Shown here one piece after another: positions 42,343 through 55,683 of a stretch of DNA of 64,000 nucleotides. Made by a program: the position numbers and the translations under genes. The stretch covers positions 21,098,871-21,162,870 of the forward strand of contig NC_092676.1 of NCBI RefSeq assembly GCF_964355755.1, written 5' to 3'. The notes under the pieces were generated by a model. It did no database searches. It saw nothing but the letters and a program-made list of their open reading frames with translations, and had not been told where the DNA came from. The stretch comes from Antedon mediterranea. Taxonomy: Eukaryota > Animalia > Echinodermata. How positions within the stretch are numbered: the stretch's first letter is position 1; every line of letters starts with the position of its first letter.

Positions 42343-44117
42343 ATTATGATAAGTAAGTGTGTCCCCTCCCATTGCCCAACTTCATCCTCGTCTCACTTAA
42401 TTATGTACGGTTTATGCATTTTATATAATATTGACAATCTGATGGAGTTTTTTATATCGTCTTTTAAGATGATTATTAAGAAAATAAACCGTAGGCTTAT
42501 ATTTGTTTTATTGTCACGATTACAAACTGTCTGCCATGTCTGGTCTGTCAAATTATACTTCCTAGTTTGACATTTAAACAAGAGTTGTTCAACATTAACA
42601 AACACTAAAAGGCAAATAACATATTTTATGTGCATAGTGTGTATCAATATAGGAATAAGCCTGCTTTTAAAAAGTTTGATATAAAAAATTTTAGAATTAA
42701 TCCCTATCAATTAAGCACTAATGCTTTGATAAACTGTGTTCTGTTATAATAATGCTCATGGTTATAATGGAATTACTGTAGTTTAGTGTTTTTATATACA
42801 TTTAGGAAATGTTAGGTTAGATTATTTATAGTAATGAGATGAATCGCTTTAAAGAACGCAGGTGACTTATTTTAATTTAATAGGTAAATAGTATAGTTTA
42901 AATTCAATATAGTTTGCTCAAAATAATCAACACTTTATTATACGTTACTCAGAATGAACATTATAATTTGTAATTTATTGTTGATAAATAATCTGCATAT
43001 CTACTATAGTATATTTTTATATTCAATATGGTCTTCCAAGAAATAATCAACTAAAATGATTGTTATAGTACAGTCCTACACTTTATTATAAATTTAAATT
43101 TGTTGCTGGTAAATAATTTGCTTATTTACTATAGGAAACTGTTACTTTACATTTCATGTTTCTACCAAATCCGTCGCCCCTGGATGCGATAGAAATTGGT
43201 GATCTTTTATTATCATAATCATGTTGTATATTTCGTACTGATTTTTCACCCACCCCCACAATATTTTTTCCCTATCTTGTTCATATCTGATTTACGGGTA
43301 ACGTCTAGTTAATTTGCATATTTATTCAAGAAGGTGTAACCTTCGTTTAGCATTCCTTTGTGTCTGTACAGTCAGTTTCAGCCCAGATGTGTTCCAAACT
43401 ACCAGAATGGCAGATACAACATTGTGGTAAGATTTTAGTTTGTTTTGGATTGTCTATAGCCTACCATATAGCAATCTGCTATCAGTAGTTTGGTTCAAAT
43501 AAAACATAAATCCATTTGATCAAGTTTTAATAACGGTTACTCTTTAAACTACCATTATCTAATGTCACCAGCAAGTAAAACTATATTAATTTATATAGAA
43601 CGTTAAAATTACCGTTCTCACCCTGTACTATCCAATCAGTATCGATTTTCATTTTTAATTTCAAGTGTGAAGATAATACGTGTCTAGATAATTTCATATT
43701 ATTTTGACCTTTAAATATCGCATGCATTGAAGTGTGATAGGCCACGTGTTAATTTGAAATTAAAACATATGCGTTGTCAATCTATCGTAAGTATAAAAGG
43801 CTATTAATATCTGTCATTATATTATTGTTAGGAAAGTGAATTCTTTCTTTAAACTTTAAACGGTTTGGGTTCGAGGAATTAAAATAGACGATTAACAAAA
43901 TAAATTGTATAAGTATGGACCTATAAACTTATAGGTCCATTGTATAAGTAATTATTATCTGGTACATCAATATTCAAATTGATTACTTTAGGCCCACCTT
44001 TCTCTTATTTAGTAAAGTAGCTTATTTTAGTTGAAATTGTAAATGTAGATTATGGATATTATTGCAGACATTTCAGTACATTTATAAATATATAAAAAAC
44101 ACAAAACAAGAACTCAC

Positions 44118-44274
44118 CCTCGTACAACGTTGACAGCATGCGCATGAATCGTATTCAACTACTGCATTTTCGGCGCATGCGTCAATTGGTTTCGAACCAG
44201 TCACAAACTGTTCACAATGTTCCGCCAATTCAACTTCGTCCATGTCCCAACATGGACAGTCATCAGTCAACACG
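44118..44274 (-). CDS. Single-IGFBP-domain protein exon 2 (VLTDDCPCWDMDEVELAEHCEQFVTGSKPIDACAENAVVEYDSCACCQRCTR)
   Basis: Acceptor TTCACAG, D-x-C-A-C-C-x-x-C signature, donor AGG|GTGAGT. Phases 2/0 as in 35300-35444. Confidence 0.9.
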
Positions 44275-45009
44275 CTGTGAACGTAACAATGTAACAACAT
44301 TACTTGTATTCATTGGTAATTTAACTTGTACTGACATCGACATTCGATACAATCAATGAATGATTTTATTATGTGTAAATTACCGATGAGAATTGGTAAC
44401 ACTCTGGGGCTAAATTGGTAACTCAATTAAATGTTGAGATTGACATTATTGTATTTTCCCACAATCAAAACTAACTGAATAATATAAGTCGCAAATATGA
44501 AATTGAAATATACATTTTAAAATAGACTCTACCTGAACTATGTGGCTTAATATTATTTAAGATTTAGTTAATATACATTAAAAAATAGAAATCAATTTTA
44601 GAAAAAAAAAACTTTCAAACGTTTAAATGTTGCGTATTAATTGTATTTTGGAAGTTATTGACATATTTTTAAAGTTAATTTTTAATTCATTTGGAAGTTC
44701 ATTCCAGCTTTTAGATGTTTTTAAAATTTTGTTTGCCTTGACAAATATTACAGGTGGGGACAACTGATATATAATCAATTATTTTCCCCCTCCCCCCACA
44801 AAAAATCAATCGAAACGTGTAAATAGACACCCTGATTGACAATCAAACATTTGCATATGTTATGTTTGTATATTAAAAATTATTATACTTTAGCTATATA
44901 GTGTTTCTAGTTGAAGACCATGTGGTTGATAAAAGACAACTAAAAGCTTAGTCATATGAAGTAAGTGTGTTTGTTTGATAGAGAGAGATTGTGTTTATTG
45001 ACAAACGCG

Positions 45010-45059
45010 TTTGATGTATAACATCTGACAAACGCGTTTGTCAGATGTTATACATCAAA
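45010..45059. repeat. Perfect 50-bp spacerless palindrome
   Basis: TTTGATGTATAACATCTGACAAACG|CGTTTGTCAGATGTTATACATCAAA. Confidence 0.95.
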
Positions 45060-46474
45060 ACTCAATGCACTTTCGTGTCATGTTTGACTGGATTTGTTAT
45101 GTTAGTTTTCAATCAAAATATGGTACGGAAGACAAGCTGGGATAGGGTTAAGTTCATGCTTAAAGGTGATATAATGCCATCAACTTAAGAAAACAGTCTT
45201 AGCCGTATGAAACAAAATATAAATCTTATTCTTACAGATAAATTTAATTTAATCCACGAGTTATCTGCGTATCAGTTTATATAACAATGGGATCAGATTC
45301 ATCAAACTTGCTTACCAAACAATCGTCTTAACTTAGATTCAAGTCACAGATTTTGATTAAATCATTTTTTAAAATAGCAATAAGTAAATCATTTTGCCTT
45401 TTTTCTTTTCAATCAATTTCTTAAAATATAAGACCACTTCAGTTCTTAAGTTAAAAATATCTGGTAAATATTTTAATGTAAGCAAAAACTTTTTATAAGC
45501 CAAAATGTTTTTTTCTTTTAACAAAATCTAATTTAGTTAAATTGTTGAAACTATCAATTATTGGAGATGCAACCTATAAAGGTAACCAAGTTTTATTTTT
45601 CGACATTTGTTTTCAGCTATAACATGGATCAATATGAAACTTTATAAAGTACTTTTAAGTAGAATACGTTAACAAATTTAAAGTAATATAAAATAGAGAA
45701 GGATCTCACCGAATATATAAAGTTATCAACCATAAATTAAAATTTTTTTTTAAAGATAACCATGTTTAATTATCGACATTTTTACTATACATACAAATCT
45801 GAAACAATACCTAACAGACTGACGACCATAAAGGTGATTTATCATAACAGAAAAACAAATCTCACAGTAAGATACAGGTGATAACCTAAGCCACAATGAA
45901 ACTCTTTTGTTCATTCTAATATTGATTATAACTTATTTTGTTCGGGTAAGCGTGTTCAACAGTAAATAGTCGATGATTTCACAAGTTTTGAGTGTGAGCA
46001 AGGAAATTAATTTTTTTAATTAACGAAAAAGTGCCAAATGGAAACCATTTTCCAGAAATGAATTGTGTAAGATATGTTAACAAATATTAACGAATCGTTA
46101 TTCATTCCGTTGGTATCCAGTATGACTTACCATTTTGCCTTTATTTATAATTTAAGAACTAAATGTAAAAACAGTAAGATATAGTTTCCCCTAAAAAATT
46201 ATTTTTGTTGGAATAGGTAATTTAATTTCACATAATAGTTAATAACTTTATCAAAAATTAGATGAAAAAATAGTTACCTGATAAATCGTCTGGAAGCCAA
46301 TGATGGGTTATTGATTAAATTAATTTTGGCTTTTTTTTAATAAACGAAATCGTTACAACTGATGATAGAAAATGTGTAAAGCCCAACTTCATTTAAATTT
46401 TATAATAATAAAAATAAACAATAATTTATAAATAAATTATTCGGGAAACAAATAATTTCAAACTATATACTTAC

Positions 46475-46515
46475 CTTGGTAATATAACTGCTGCAATTAA
46501 ATAGAAACACAACAT
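46475..46515 (-). CDS. Secreted single-IGFBP-domain protein (137 aa), exon 1: signal peptide MLCFYLIAAVILP(S)
   Basis: ATG in good context (CAACATG), hydrophobic stretch, consensus donor AAG|GTAAGT, phase 2 matching exon 2. Confidence 0.75.
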
Positions 46516-48599
46516 GTTGATGAGGTAATTTAAATGTTCCGCACAGATAAACCAGTCTTCACGTCACAACGCTACAGAACAGTATAACACTTGGAACAGG
46601 TAGGCCTATAGACACGTGAATTGATACCCGAGAGAGAATTCTTCAAAACAAAATTTGGACTGCGTAATTGAAATTTAGCTAAAAAATTGAAAAAGCGAAA
46701 CATGAACGTCCACTATATCTATAAAACAAACAATTTCTAGATTGAGAAATAGAAGATGCGGACGGCCCCGTTCCAGGTGTATCAATGAGGAAGACATCCG
46801 TCTCGGATACCTATATAAGATACCTGGATATCTAGGGGTTGTACATGCTATAGGCGAAGCCACGGGTAAGCTGTTGAATATTTCCCGATATAGAACGCGG
46901 TGAGGTATTACAAATTATGCGCCTTGCATCTGTCAGGCCGCCGTATGCGAGAACCCCTATGATCTAACGTTACGGACATTAGCTCCAATTTTACCTGCTG
47001 TGCCGAATCAGTAGAACGGGGCTATAAACGTTAGATCTGAATCAATTGCTCAATTGTAACCGCCTAATATCTGGCTCTGTTGGCATTATTAGATTTCCAC
47101 ACAGTTATGACAGCCTTGATTTGTTAACAGTGAATCGAAAGCGAGATAGATGTCTGAATATAAATATAAAAATATCAAGAATGTGGACTGAATCGATCCT
47201 TTGTTAAGATCGTCTAGTCGAGTTAATTTTACTATCTATTTTAAGAATCAAATATGTCTGTAATAAATTTGTGTAAGTGTCGTTTATTAGTTTTTATTAC
47301 AAAATGGTCTAGTTAATCACCCAATAAAATTACTTTGACTTTATTTATGGTCCTAATCTATGTAAAGAGCAATTATTTAAAAAAAAAAATGTATTGACTT
47401 ACCGAGCCCATTTAGAATTATTTAATTGTGTTTATTTTTTGTTTGCCATTTAATATGTAACAAGCACTCATATCACACTTTATAAAAGAAATTCATTTCT
47501 TTTTATTTCTATTTGTTTAGGCTATATCATTTACATAAGAAATATACTTCGACCGTAAACAATATAATATTTTGATTTGACTTTATAATTGTAAATTTGC
47601 TGGCTAGATTTAATATAGATAAGTTGAAAAATATGATTCCGCAAACGACAATTTAGTTTAGCCTATACAGTTAAAAGCAGCATTGTAGGAACATAGTCTG
47701 TGAGATAAGTTTCAACTTCTTATAGTTCTGATCCCTGTAATGTAATTACCTTTATATAATGTATTTCATGTTACTTAAACAACCTAAAGTTAACTCATAA
47801 TGCTTTATGCATACAATGTTCTGTTTTTGTATTCATTTGACCAATTACGAAAAAATAGTTCTACGTCAACATAGGTAAACTAGAAAAATAGCAACATTAA
47901 CCAAAGCAGTAGAACGAATTGTAAATGATGAGCAGAGAATGTTTTAGAGACGAAATAACCACCCAGTATACAATATAATAGCCTAAATTGAGATATTTGA
48001 CCGTGTTTCTATTCGTTATTCAGTTCTAATTTTATCGCAAAGATTGCACCCTGTGGTTTGTACAAGTAAGTTCTTCAAATCTTCGAGACCTTTATTGTTT
48101 CAAATTCCAAAGAGTCCAACACCTATAATATATAAACGTGATTTCATCAGTATTGAAACATTAGATAGATTGAGGGATGCCTATCTGGCGGACTAACAGT
48201 TTAAATGAGATATGTATTGAAAGCTAGCATAACAATCATACAAGTCTCCAGATACCCAGTCTTATGGAATAGATTAAGAGCGCTCATTGTATTTTAATTT
48301 GCTTCTTGGTTATGTTATGTACTAGAAAAACGCCCCGGGAATGAGGGTATTAAATCTGTGTATCTTTTACCATTTGGGGACGACGGGGAAACACTTGTAA
48401 TAACACGTCTTGTTTTTAGAATTTTGGATACCAAATTTTAGGATTTCTTCTGTCGATCATTGCATTATGCTTTATGACAACACGGGCAACAACAATTGCC
48501 TATTGATAAGTTAGTTAATTGGTATTGATTAACAATAGTACAATGTACCTAGGTGTTATGATTCTATATTACGGTACTATTATAAGTAAAGATGTACAG

Positions 48600-48860
48600 T
48601 ATTATCAAAACGTATTTAAAATGCAAGTGTCACAGACTTTCCAAAATCTATTATTCCTGAAATAAACACGATTTTATATAACTTTTTATGGAGTAGTAAT
48701 AAAGAAAAAATTAAAAGAAATACTCTGATACAAAACATTGAACATGGCGGGGTTAAAATGATTGACCTTAACTCTATGATTGAATCTTTAAAGTTAGGCT
48801 GGGTTTACTAAGCCCGGACCCAGGAAAGTGGAAATGTATTCCATTATACAATTTATATCT
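48600..48860 (+). mobile_element. L1/Tx1-clade LINE ORF2 fragment (post-RT region)
   Basis: INTILYNFLWSSNKEKIKRNTLIQNIEHGGVKMIDLNSMIESLKLGWV matches the F-x-W...K...GG-L...D motif C-terminal to the RT in L1/Tx1. Confidence 0.75.
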
Positions 48861-49419
48861 AATTGTAAGTATGACAGATTAAAGCAAACCTTGAGAAGCA
48901 TAATGAACTCAAATATATAAATAAATTCTATATAATTTTGTAATAATATGTATGCAAAAAACCTTAATGTATATGTGAAATAAAAACTCAGAGGTTATGG
49001 GAGAATAGATATGTCATGCATATATTGGGGAACCTAATGTTCCAAATATTAGTTCCGTGAGATTTTAATGCTCAAGTTGAGTTCTTGGCAGTTTTGGAAT
49101 CCTTAGGACTAGTAGAATTCATTGCAACTGAGGGCCAATTTTTCCCGACCCTATTTTTTCCGCCATCTTGGATTTCAAAATGGCCCCCATTTTTTACTCA
49201 AAACTGATAGTAGCTCTTATACGTACGAACGTAATTTGTGTCACAAATCTTACAATATTATGATAAATCTGTCCAATGGTACAATTTATAATAATAGCAT
49301 ATGGCAGCCATAATCTGATGATTAAATACATAAATGCATACATAATATTTATACGTTTTTAATGGCGGCCATCTTGGAATCAAGTGTATGAGTTAAACGA
49401 TAGCTTGATGGTGCTTATG

Positions 49420-50452
49420 ATCAAAAGACAGAAAAGATATTAAAAAACAAATTAAATGAGCTAAACCAAATTTATACATCTGAAGCAAAAGAAGCACAAA
49501 TTAGGGCTCGAGTAGAATGGACTGAAAGGGAGAAAGAAATTAAAGTAAAAAGTTCTTTTTACGTTTAGAAAAAAACAAGGCTAAGAAAAAACATATTACG
49601 TCAGTTCTTAAACATAATGGGAAAATTACTACAAACACTAAAGAAATTCTTAACGAGCAAGTTAGGTTTTTCAAAGAATTGTATAAAGAAACCCCTTCTA
49701 ACCAGGAAAATATTAATAGTTATTTTGATAATACTAAAATCAATACATTGTCTTTTGAAGAAAAGCAAAAATGTGAAGGTATGTTAACAAATTATGAATG
49801 CAACATGGCTCTTTTAAACATGAAGTTAAGTCCTGGTACAGATGGGCTAACAGTCGACTTTATTGCACATTCTGGGATTCCTTAGGAAATTTATTGTGTG
49901 ATTTTGTTAACTTAAGTTTCTTGAATAAAAAACTAACATCTTTGCAACGTATATGTATTGTTTCATTACTGTAGGTGAAAGAGAGAAGCTTCATAATTGG
50001 AGAACTATTACTCTTTTGAATATTGATTATAAGATTATTGCACAAGTGTTAGCCAATAGGTTACATTCAGTCATTAGCTCCATAATTAGTAATGATCAAA
50101 AGGGATATATCAAAGGCAGGTTAAAGCATAAGATTAATAGAAGATTTACTTAATTATAGTGACGTACATAAACAAGAAGGTGATTTGATTTTTATAGATT
50201 TTGAAAAAACCTTTGATTCTGTAGATATTTTATGTTTTAAAATTTAAAAATGTGGCTTTGGTATTCAATTTATACAATGGGTTAAATTTATGTATAACGA
50301 TACTGAAAGTTACATTGTTGGATGTCAGAAGTTTTAATGAATAGAGGAATTGTCAAGGTTGTCCCCTCTCAGCGCTTTTATTTATTTTACTAGTCGAAGT
50401 TATGGCAACAAATATAAGAAATAATCATTTGTGTAAATGTATAAAATTGCCG
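49420..50452 (+). mobile_element. Frameshifted L1/Tx1-clade LINE ORF2 (linker plus first RT subdomains)
   Basis: AQIRARVEWTE..., SPGTDGLT, NWRTITLLNIDYKIIAQVLANRL...DQKGYIKGR, IDFEKTFDSV and QGCPLSALLFILLVEVMA, spread over several frames. Confidence 0.9.
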
Positions 50453-52650
50453 TCAGTAATTAACTAATTCGTGGTTAACGTGTTTTCCTTCCAATCCTAA
50501 CGGTCAGGATTCAATTCTGAAATGGACTTATCCGTCAATGGGTAATTGGCGAATTTCTCGCTGTTGGATGCGTATACATAATGATGATAAAACAATATTA
50601 TGTATGAATGAAGTAGGCCTACTTGCTTTATATGGTCGAGGCCTTGTACGACAACAGATGTCTTTCTGAGAACATATAACGACAAGACCCTTCACAAAAG
50701 GAAAGTAGGAATTCACGTTCAAATATCTACCGAGCGAACATCCTAGTCGCTGCTGATTCGCACACTTCATTCGCTGTCGGAGGTTATAGGCGGTCAACTT
50801 GACTCCAATCAAAATATGTCTAAATTAAAGTTACCTTTTAACTTTGCCCTTTAAATAGCATCATCACAGCAGCGTATGACCTTGCCGATTTAGTGTCGGC
50901 AATTAGACATGGCATAACGATTGTAACTATGTTTTAAAGATGAGAGACTGCTGGCTAACTACCGTAAGACGTGAATTTGATTATCAATGATGATTAATTA
51001 TTGTAACAATATATTTCTATCGTACCGCCTTTTTTTCAATTAACAACCTTTATATCGTTAGTAGGCCTATTATAGCTAATTAATCACAAATATATCGCAA
51101 ATCACATACCGTATACTAACGCATTTTTTTATATAGATAATCATAGCAAGGCAATCTAACAACAGGATGCTGAGCTCCGGAGATCAATGGGTTAATTTGT
51201 GGCTGCGACACGATCAGTTCCACGCCCCTTAACAGACACCGCGCCGCGGAGAATATGTAAAATAGTACAGTACTGTGGATTTAGTCGCAGCCAGAAATAA
51301 GATCAAAGGACTGTTACGAGGACCTATCTTGGTATGTTACTATTTTGTGATTACAGTTATTGAAAAATATTGCGGATGAATTTTGTGCCTATGTAAAAAG
51401 TGCAGACGATTTATAATAACTAATAAAACAGTCATCATAGGTTAATACCCATGATGCAACACAATACTTTCCCTCAGGAATCCTAATGGAGCAGCGTTGT
51501 AATTTACTAATATTAAAGCCGCATGTCTGTTTTACCTTTCCCTGGTGCCTGGCTAATTACATGACAGATATTTACAAAATTATAAACAAACAAAGCACTT
51601 AGTTGTGCAAGGTTTTTTTATATGCTATGATTTATCAATTCCCCCAATGGAATAGATTTAATATCGATTTCGACATAATCATTTATTATTACCAGGACTG
51701 CGTGGTATTGAATGTCAATTAATTTCATAAATTAAACAAAAATTATGATTAGATGACGATATTAACGCATGTTGAATAGCTCACCTATTGGCCAAATCAG
51801 TTTAAAGTTTAAGTTATTCATTACCGTAGATACATTTACAAGCAAAACAATAACTTTACTTTAATTAACCTCTATCATACATAATATGATGGCATTATAC
51901 ATACAATTTTGGCGAGAAACCTTAGGCACAAATTTGACAAATTTAGGCCTAACAATGAATTATACCAAAACAATTTCTTTTGTTACTGTAATTACAAATA
52001 ATTTACAAAATTTAGATTTCATAGAAAAAGTTTTGGCGAGAATGACAGATTTAGGTAATCAAAATTGGTAATATATTATATTTTGAGTGAATAATTTGGC
52101 GTATTTGGAACAGTAGGCCTACAATTACATAAATTCCGAACGCATTAGGCATTAAGCATATTACATTGTCATCATCATGTTCTGAATTTTGAAATCATCT
52201 CACTCTTGCTTCTCGTCTTCTTTTTTTTTCACCATCTGTATGAGCTTTGCATATAATGCGTTTTCATTTAAGTTTAATTTTCTTATATCCCCATTTCAAT
52301 TACATTATGATCTCTATTAAAGATGTATTGTTCCTTTGACTAATTCAAAAAAAAATAACAAATAAAAGTTTTCGAAAAAAGGTGGGTAATTTTGAAGTAT
52401 CATAATAGTTATTAAATATCACCAACAATTTTTTGAAAAAAAAAAAAATTAACTGAAATACAGACGTTTTTTTGTTAAAAAAATAACTTTGACTTCCAGT
52501 CAAAGTTTTCAATCAAAACATATCCCATAATGAAACGCGCTTGTTTGGCTACTCTGTATGCATAATCATAAAACTTCCTCGCGATCTGTGTGAAAATACC
52601 TTCTTAACCGTGACGAGTTGTAAACAATCCTAATTTAGCATATGCATAAT

Positions 52651-54721
52651 CATAGTTGCCATTTCTGGCATTATTATGCTTTTTGGCATTATTTGGAGGC
52701 CCACGGCATCTGGCATAATGCCGCAGCATTATTTAGCCGTTTTTAGCATAATCTGGCATAATTTTGTGTTTTTTGAACAACCAAAAAAATAATATACCAC
52801 AGAACAAAAATAAAATATTTTGTTAATACATATCACCTTACACAATATCATATCGTAAAAAACAGATCTGTTCAGGTTTTCCGTACAATAGTTCTTCCAT
52901 CCTTTCGTTTCGGACTTCATCGACTCTTCGGATAGGAAGGCTGCTCGAAAACTACCGTGTGTGCGATATAGGCAGCACAACAAATCCGAAGAGGCTAGCT
53001 ATTGGCCAATTATGTTGCTCTATTTCAGAGACCATGCGGGTTATTGGATCCCCAGATATAGAGACAATTGAACGAAAACATTATGAAAGGGGTTTTGTTT
53101 TTTCAGTTCATAATTATAAGTGGCCACACCCCTACCCCAACCCTTAAAATGGCAATTTCCGGTAACTAGAAGCTCTAATTTTAAAAAGAATTTCTTCTAG
53201 AGAATTTGTTTTCCATATTTCAAATTATGTTCCATTTGCATCGTCGTAGCAACCCTATATTTCAAAATGTTCTTCACCTCTCAGTGACCATGATGGGGCG
53301 AGGTCCTAGGGACTCTTATACATTTTTATTTAAAATTAAGTGCAATTTCCGGCCATCTAGCAGCTCTATTTTTCCAATTTGTTTTACCTCAGCCCCAACC
53401 ATGGTGGGGCTGAGGTCCTTGAAACACTTAATATATATTTTTATTTCCTATTTTAAATTATAATTGGCACTTTCAAAACTATCATGGGCTAAGATCCTGG
53501 AGGTACTAATAAATATATTTTTATTTCACATTTGAAATTAAGTGCCATTTCCGGCCATTGAGTGAGCAGCTCTATTTTTTTCATATTTTCTTACCTCAGC
53601 CCCAACCATGGTGGGGTTGAGGTCCTGGAGACACAATTAATATATATTTTGATTTCCTATTTTAAATTATAATTGCCATTTTCGAACTATGGTGGGCTAA
53701 GATCATGGAGACACTAATAAATATATTTTGATTTCATATTTTAAATTAAGTGCCATTATATTTCCGGCCATCTAGCAGCTCTATTTTTCCAATTTATTTT
53801 ACCTCAGCCCCAACCATGGTGGGGCTGAGGTCCTGGAAACACTTAATATATATTTTTATTTCCTATTTTAAATTATAATTGGCACTTTCAAAACTATCAT
53901 GGGCTAAGATCCTGGAGGTATACTAATAAATATATTTTTATTTTATATTTGAAATTAAGTGCCATTTCCGACCATTGAGCAGCTCTATTTTTTTCATATT
54001 TTCTTACCTCAGCCCCAACCATGGTGGGGTTGAGGTCCTGGAGACACAATTAATATATATTTTGATTTCCTATTTTAAATTATAATTGCCATTTTCGAAC
54101 TATGGTGGGCTAAGATCATGGAGACACTAATAAATATATTTTTTTTCATATTTTAAATTAAGTGCCATTTCCGGCCATCGAGTAGGTATTTTTTTCCAAA
54201 TTTTCTTATCAACCATGGTGGGGCTGAGGTCCTGGAGACACTCAAAATAATTTTTTTTATTTCCTATTTTAAATTATAATTGCTATTTTCTAATTATGGT
54301 GGGCTAAGATCCTTTCATATTTGAAATTAAGTGCAAAGATCCCGGCCATCGAGCAGCTCTCATATTTCAGTTCAAAAATTATAAATTTCCATGGCTGTGT
54401 AACAGGTTTTTTTTTTTTTGGGTGGGGGAGTGGGGTGGGGGTTGGTGTTGGTGTCATTTGCAATTACCATTTTCGCACCCCAGATATTTAGAATTATTAG
54501 TTATTACTCACAAAACTAAAAATATAAATTTTGTACGACATGGGGATACAATTTTAGGCCCTATTTTGTGTCAGTTGGGGTTTTACAAACGTTTATTAGA
54601 CATAAAACCGTTGGTGGCGCTGTTTAGGGCCACATTTTGGGGATCTGGCATTATTTTTCCCAATCTGGCATTATTTGAGACAGGATACGGCATAATTTAA
54701 ATTTTATCGCTGGCAACGCTG
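52651..54721. mobile_element. Non-autonomous hAT-type DNA transposon (2071 bp)
   Basis: Imperfect TIRs CATAGTTGCCA / TGGCAACGCTG, exact 8-bp flanking duplication TGCATAAT (52643-52650 and 54722-54729), subterminal TGGCAT(T/A)AT repeats at both ends, no transposase ORF. Confidence 0.8.
53300..54360 (+). repeat. Tandem array of ~205-bp units organised as a ~415-bp dimer, inside the hAT element
   Basis: TTCCG(G/A)CCAT anchor at ~53347, 53549, 53762, 53966, 54169 and a variant near 54341. Alternate units are more alike than neighbours. Confidence 0.9.
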
Positions 54722-55620
54722 TGCATAATGCGTACTCATGGTTTGAAATCTTTGTTTACTTTCGCTCGTGACGATTTTCCAGATGAAATGTAATCAAACT
54801 AATTTACCTGTTAATTACGTAAACTTGTTGTTTTTGGCTCAAATTTTCGACTTAAAGTGAATAACTTTAATATTACTTTGATATGGCCACTTTAAATTTA
54901 GAATATTTTGACCTTCATTTTTTTGTGTTTCAAGGGACAATACATCTTTAAGGGGATATCTTCTGGGACCTTTTATTATGGATGTCCCCTGAATAGGGGT
55001 TGATGCATAACGATCTAATATGATGTTTTCCTCGTTCGTTTCACGACGAGAAAGTCTCCCCTTGATAGTGGGTGTCTCAAGGGAAGAGTTCCCTGTATTC
55101 AATAGTTCCTTCTAGAAAAATTATATTCAACTTATAGAAGATATAATGTCCGTCAAATATTTTTTGTTGTTGAATATGGCATTTTGATGATCGATAAAAG
55201 TTATTCACTTTGAATACAAATTGTATCGAAAACAAATAATTTACCTTTTCAAGTTGTTGGGGTATATCTTTAACATTAATTCTATTATAAAAAAAACGAA
55301 ACATGTATTTGAATAAAAATGATAACATTTGAAAAAGGTGATTGTATTTAATTTTCTTTATTAAAATAAATCGTCAGAAACGTGAACACATATTTCTATG
55401 GCCAAAGAAACCTTGCGAAAAAAAGTTAGAAGAAAATACTTAGAGCACAATATTGCAATAATCTAAAACAACTAGCGATCCATTAACTAATCTCTAGGGT
55501 AATAAGTAGGATATTGAAGTTAATACATGAACACGCGTTTATTAGTTCATTTACTTTTTGGTAACCGAACCATCGACATCTTTTCGGAGGACAGTTTGTT
55601 GTAAACATCACAAAACAAAA

Positions 55621-55683
55621 ATGAGGAAGTTTGTAGCATTTGGACTTGTTTGCCTTATTCTTGCTGTTGCATTTACAGAATCA
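55621..55683 (+). CDS. 82-aa secreted Cys-rich peptide precursor, exon 1: signal peptide MRKFVAFGLVCLILAVAFTES
   Basis: AAAAATG start, classic signal peptide, donor TCA|GTAAGT (phase 0). Confidence 0.8.

Noticed and set aside
50497-50812. GC-richer minus-strand ORFs next to the LINE
   Set aside because: No recognisable domain in any frame read; probably decayed repeat or regulatory DNA.
53300-54360. CRISPR-like or coding repeat array
   Set aside because: Whole units repeat with no unique spacers, there are no cas genes, and the context is eukaryotic.
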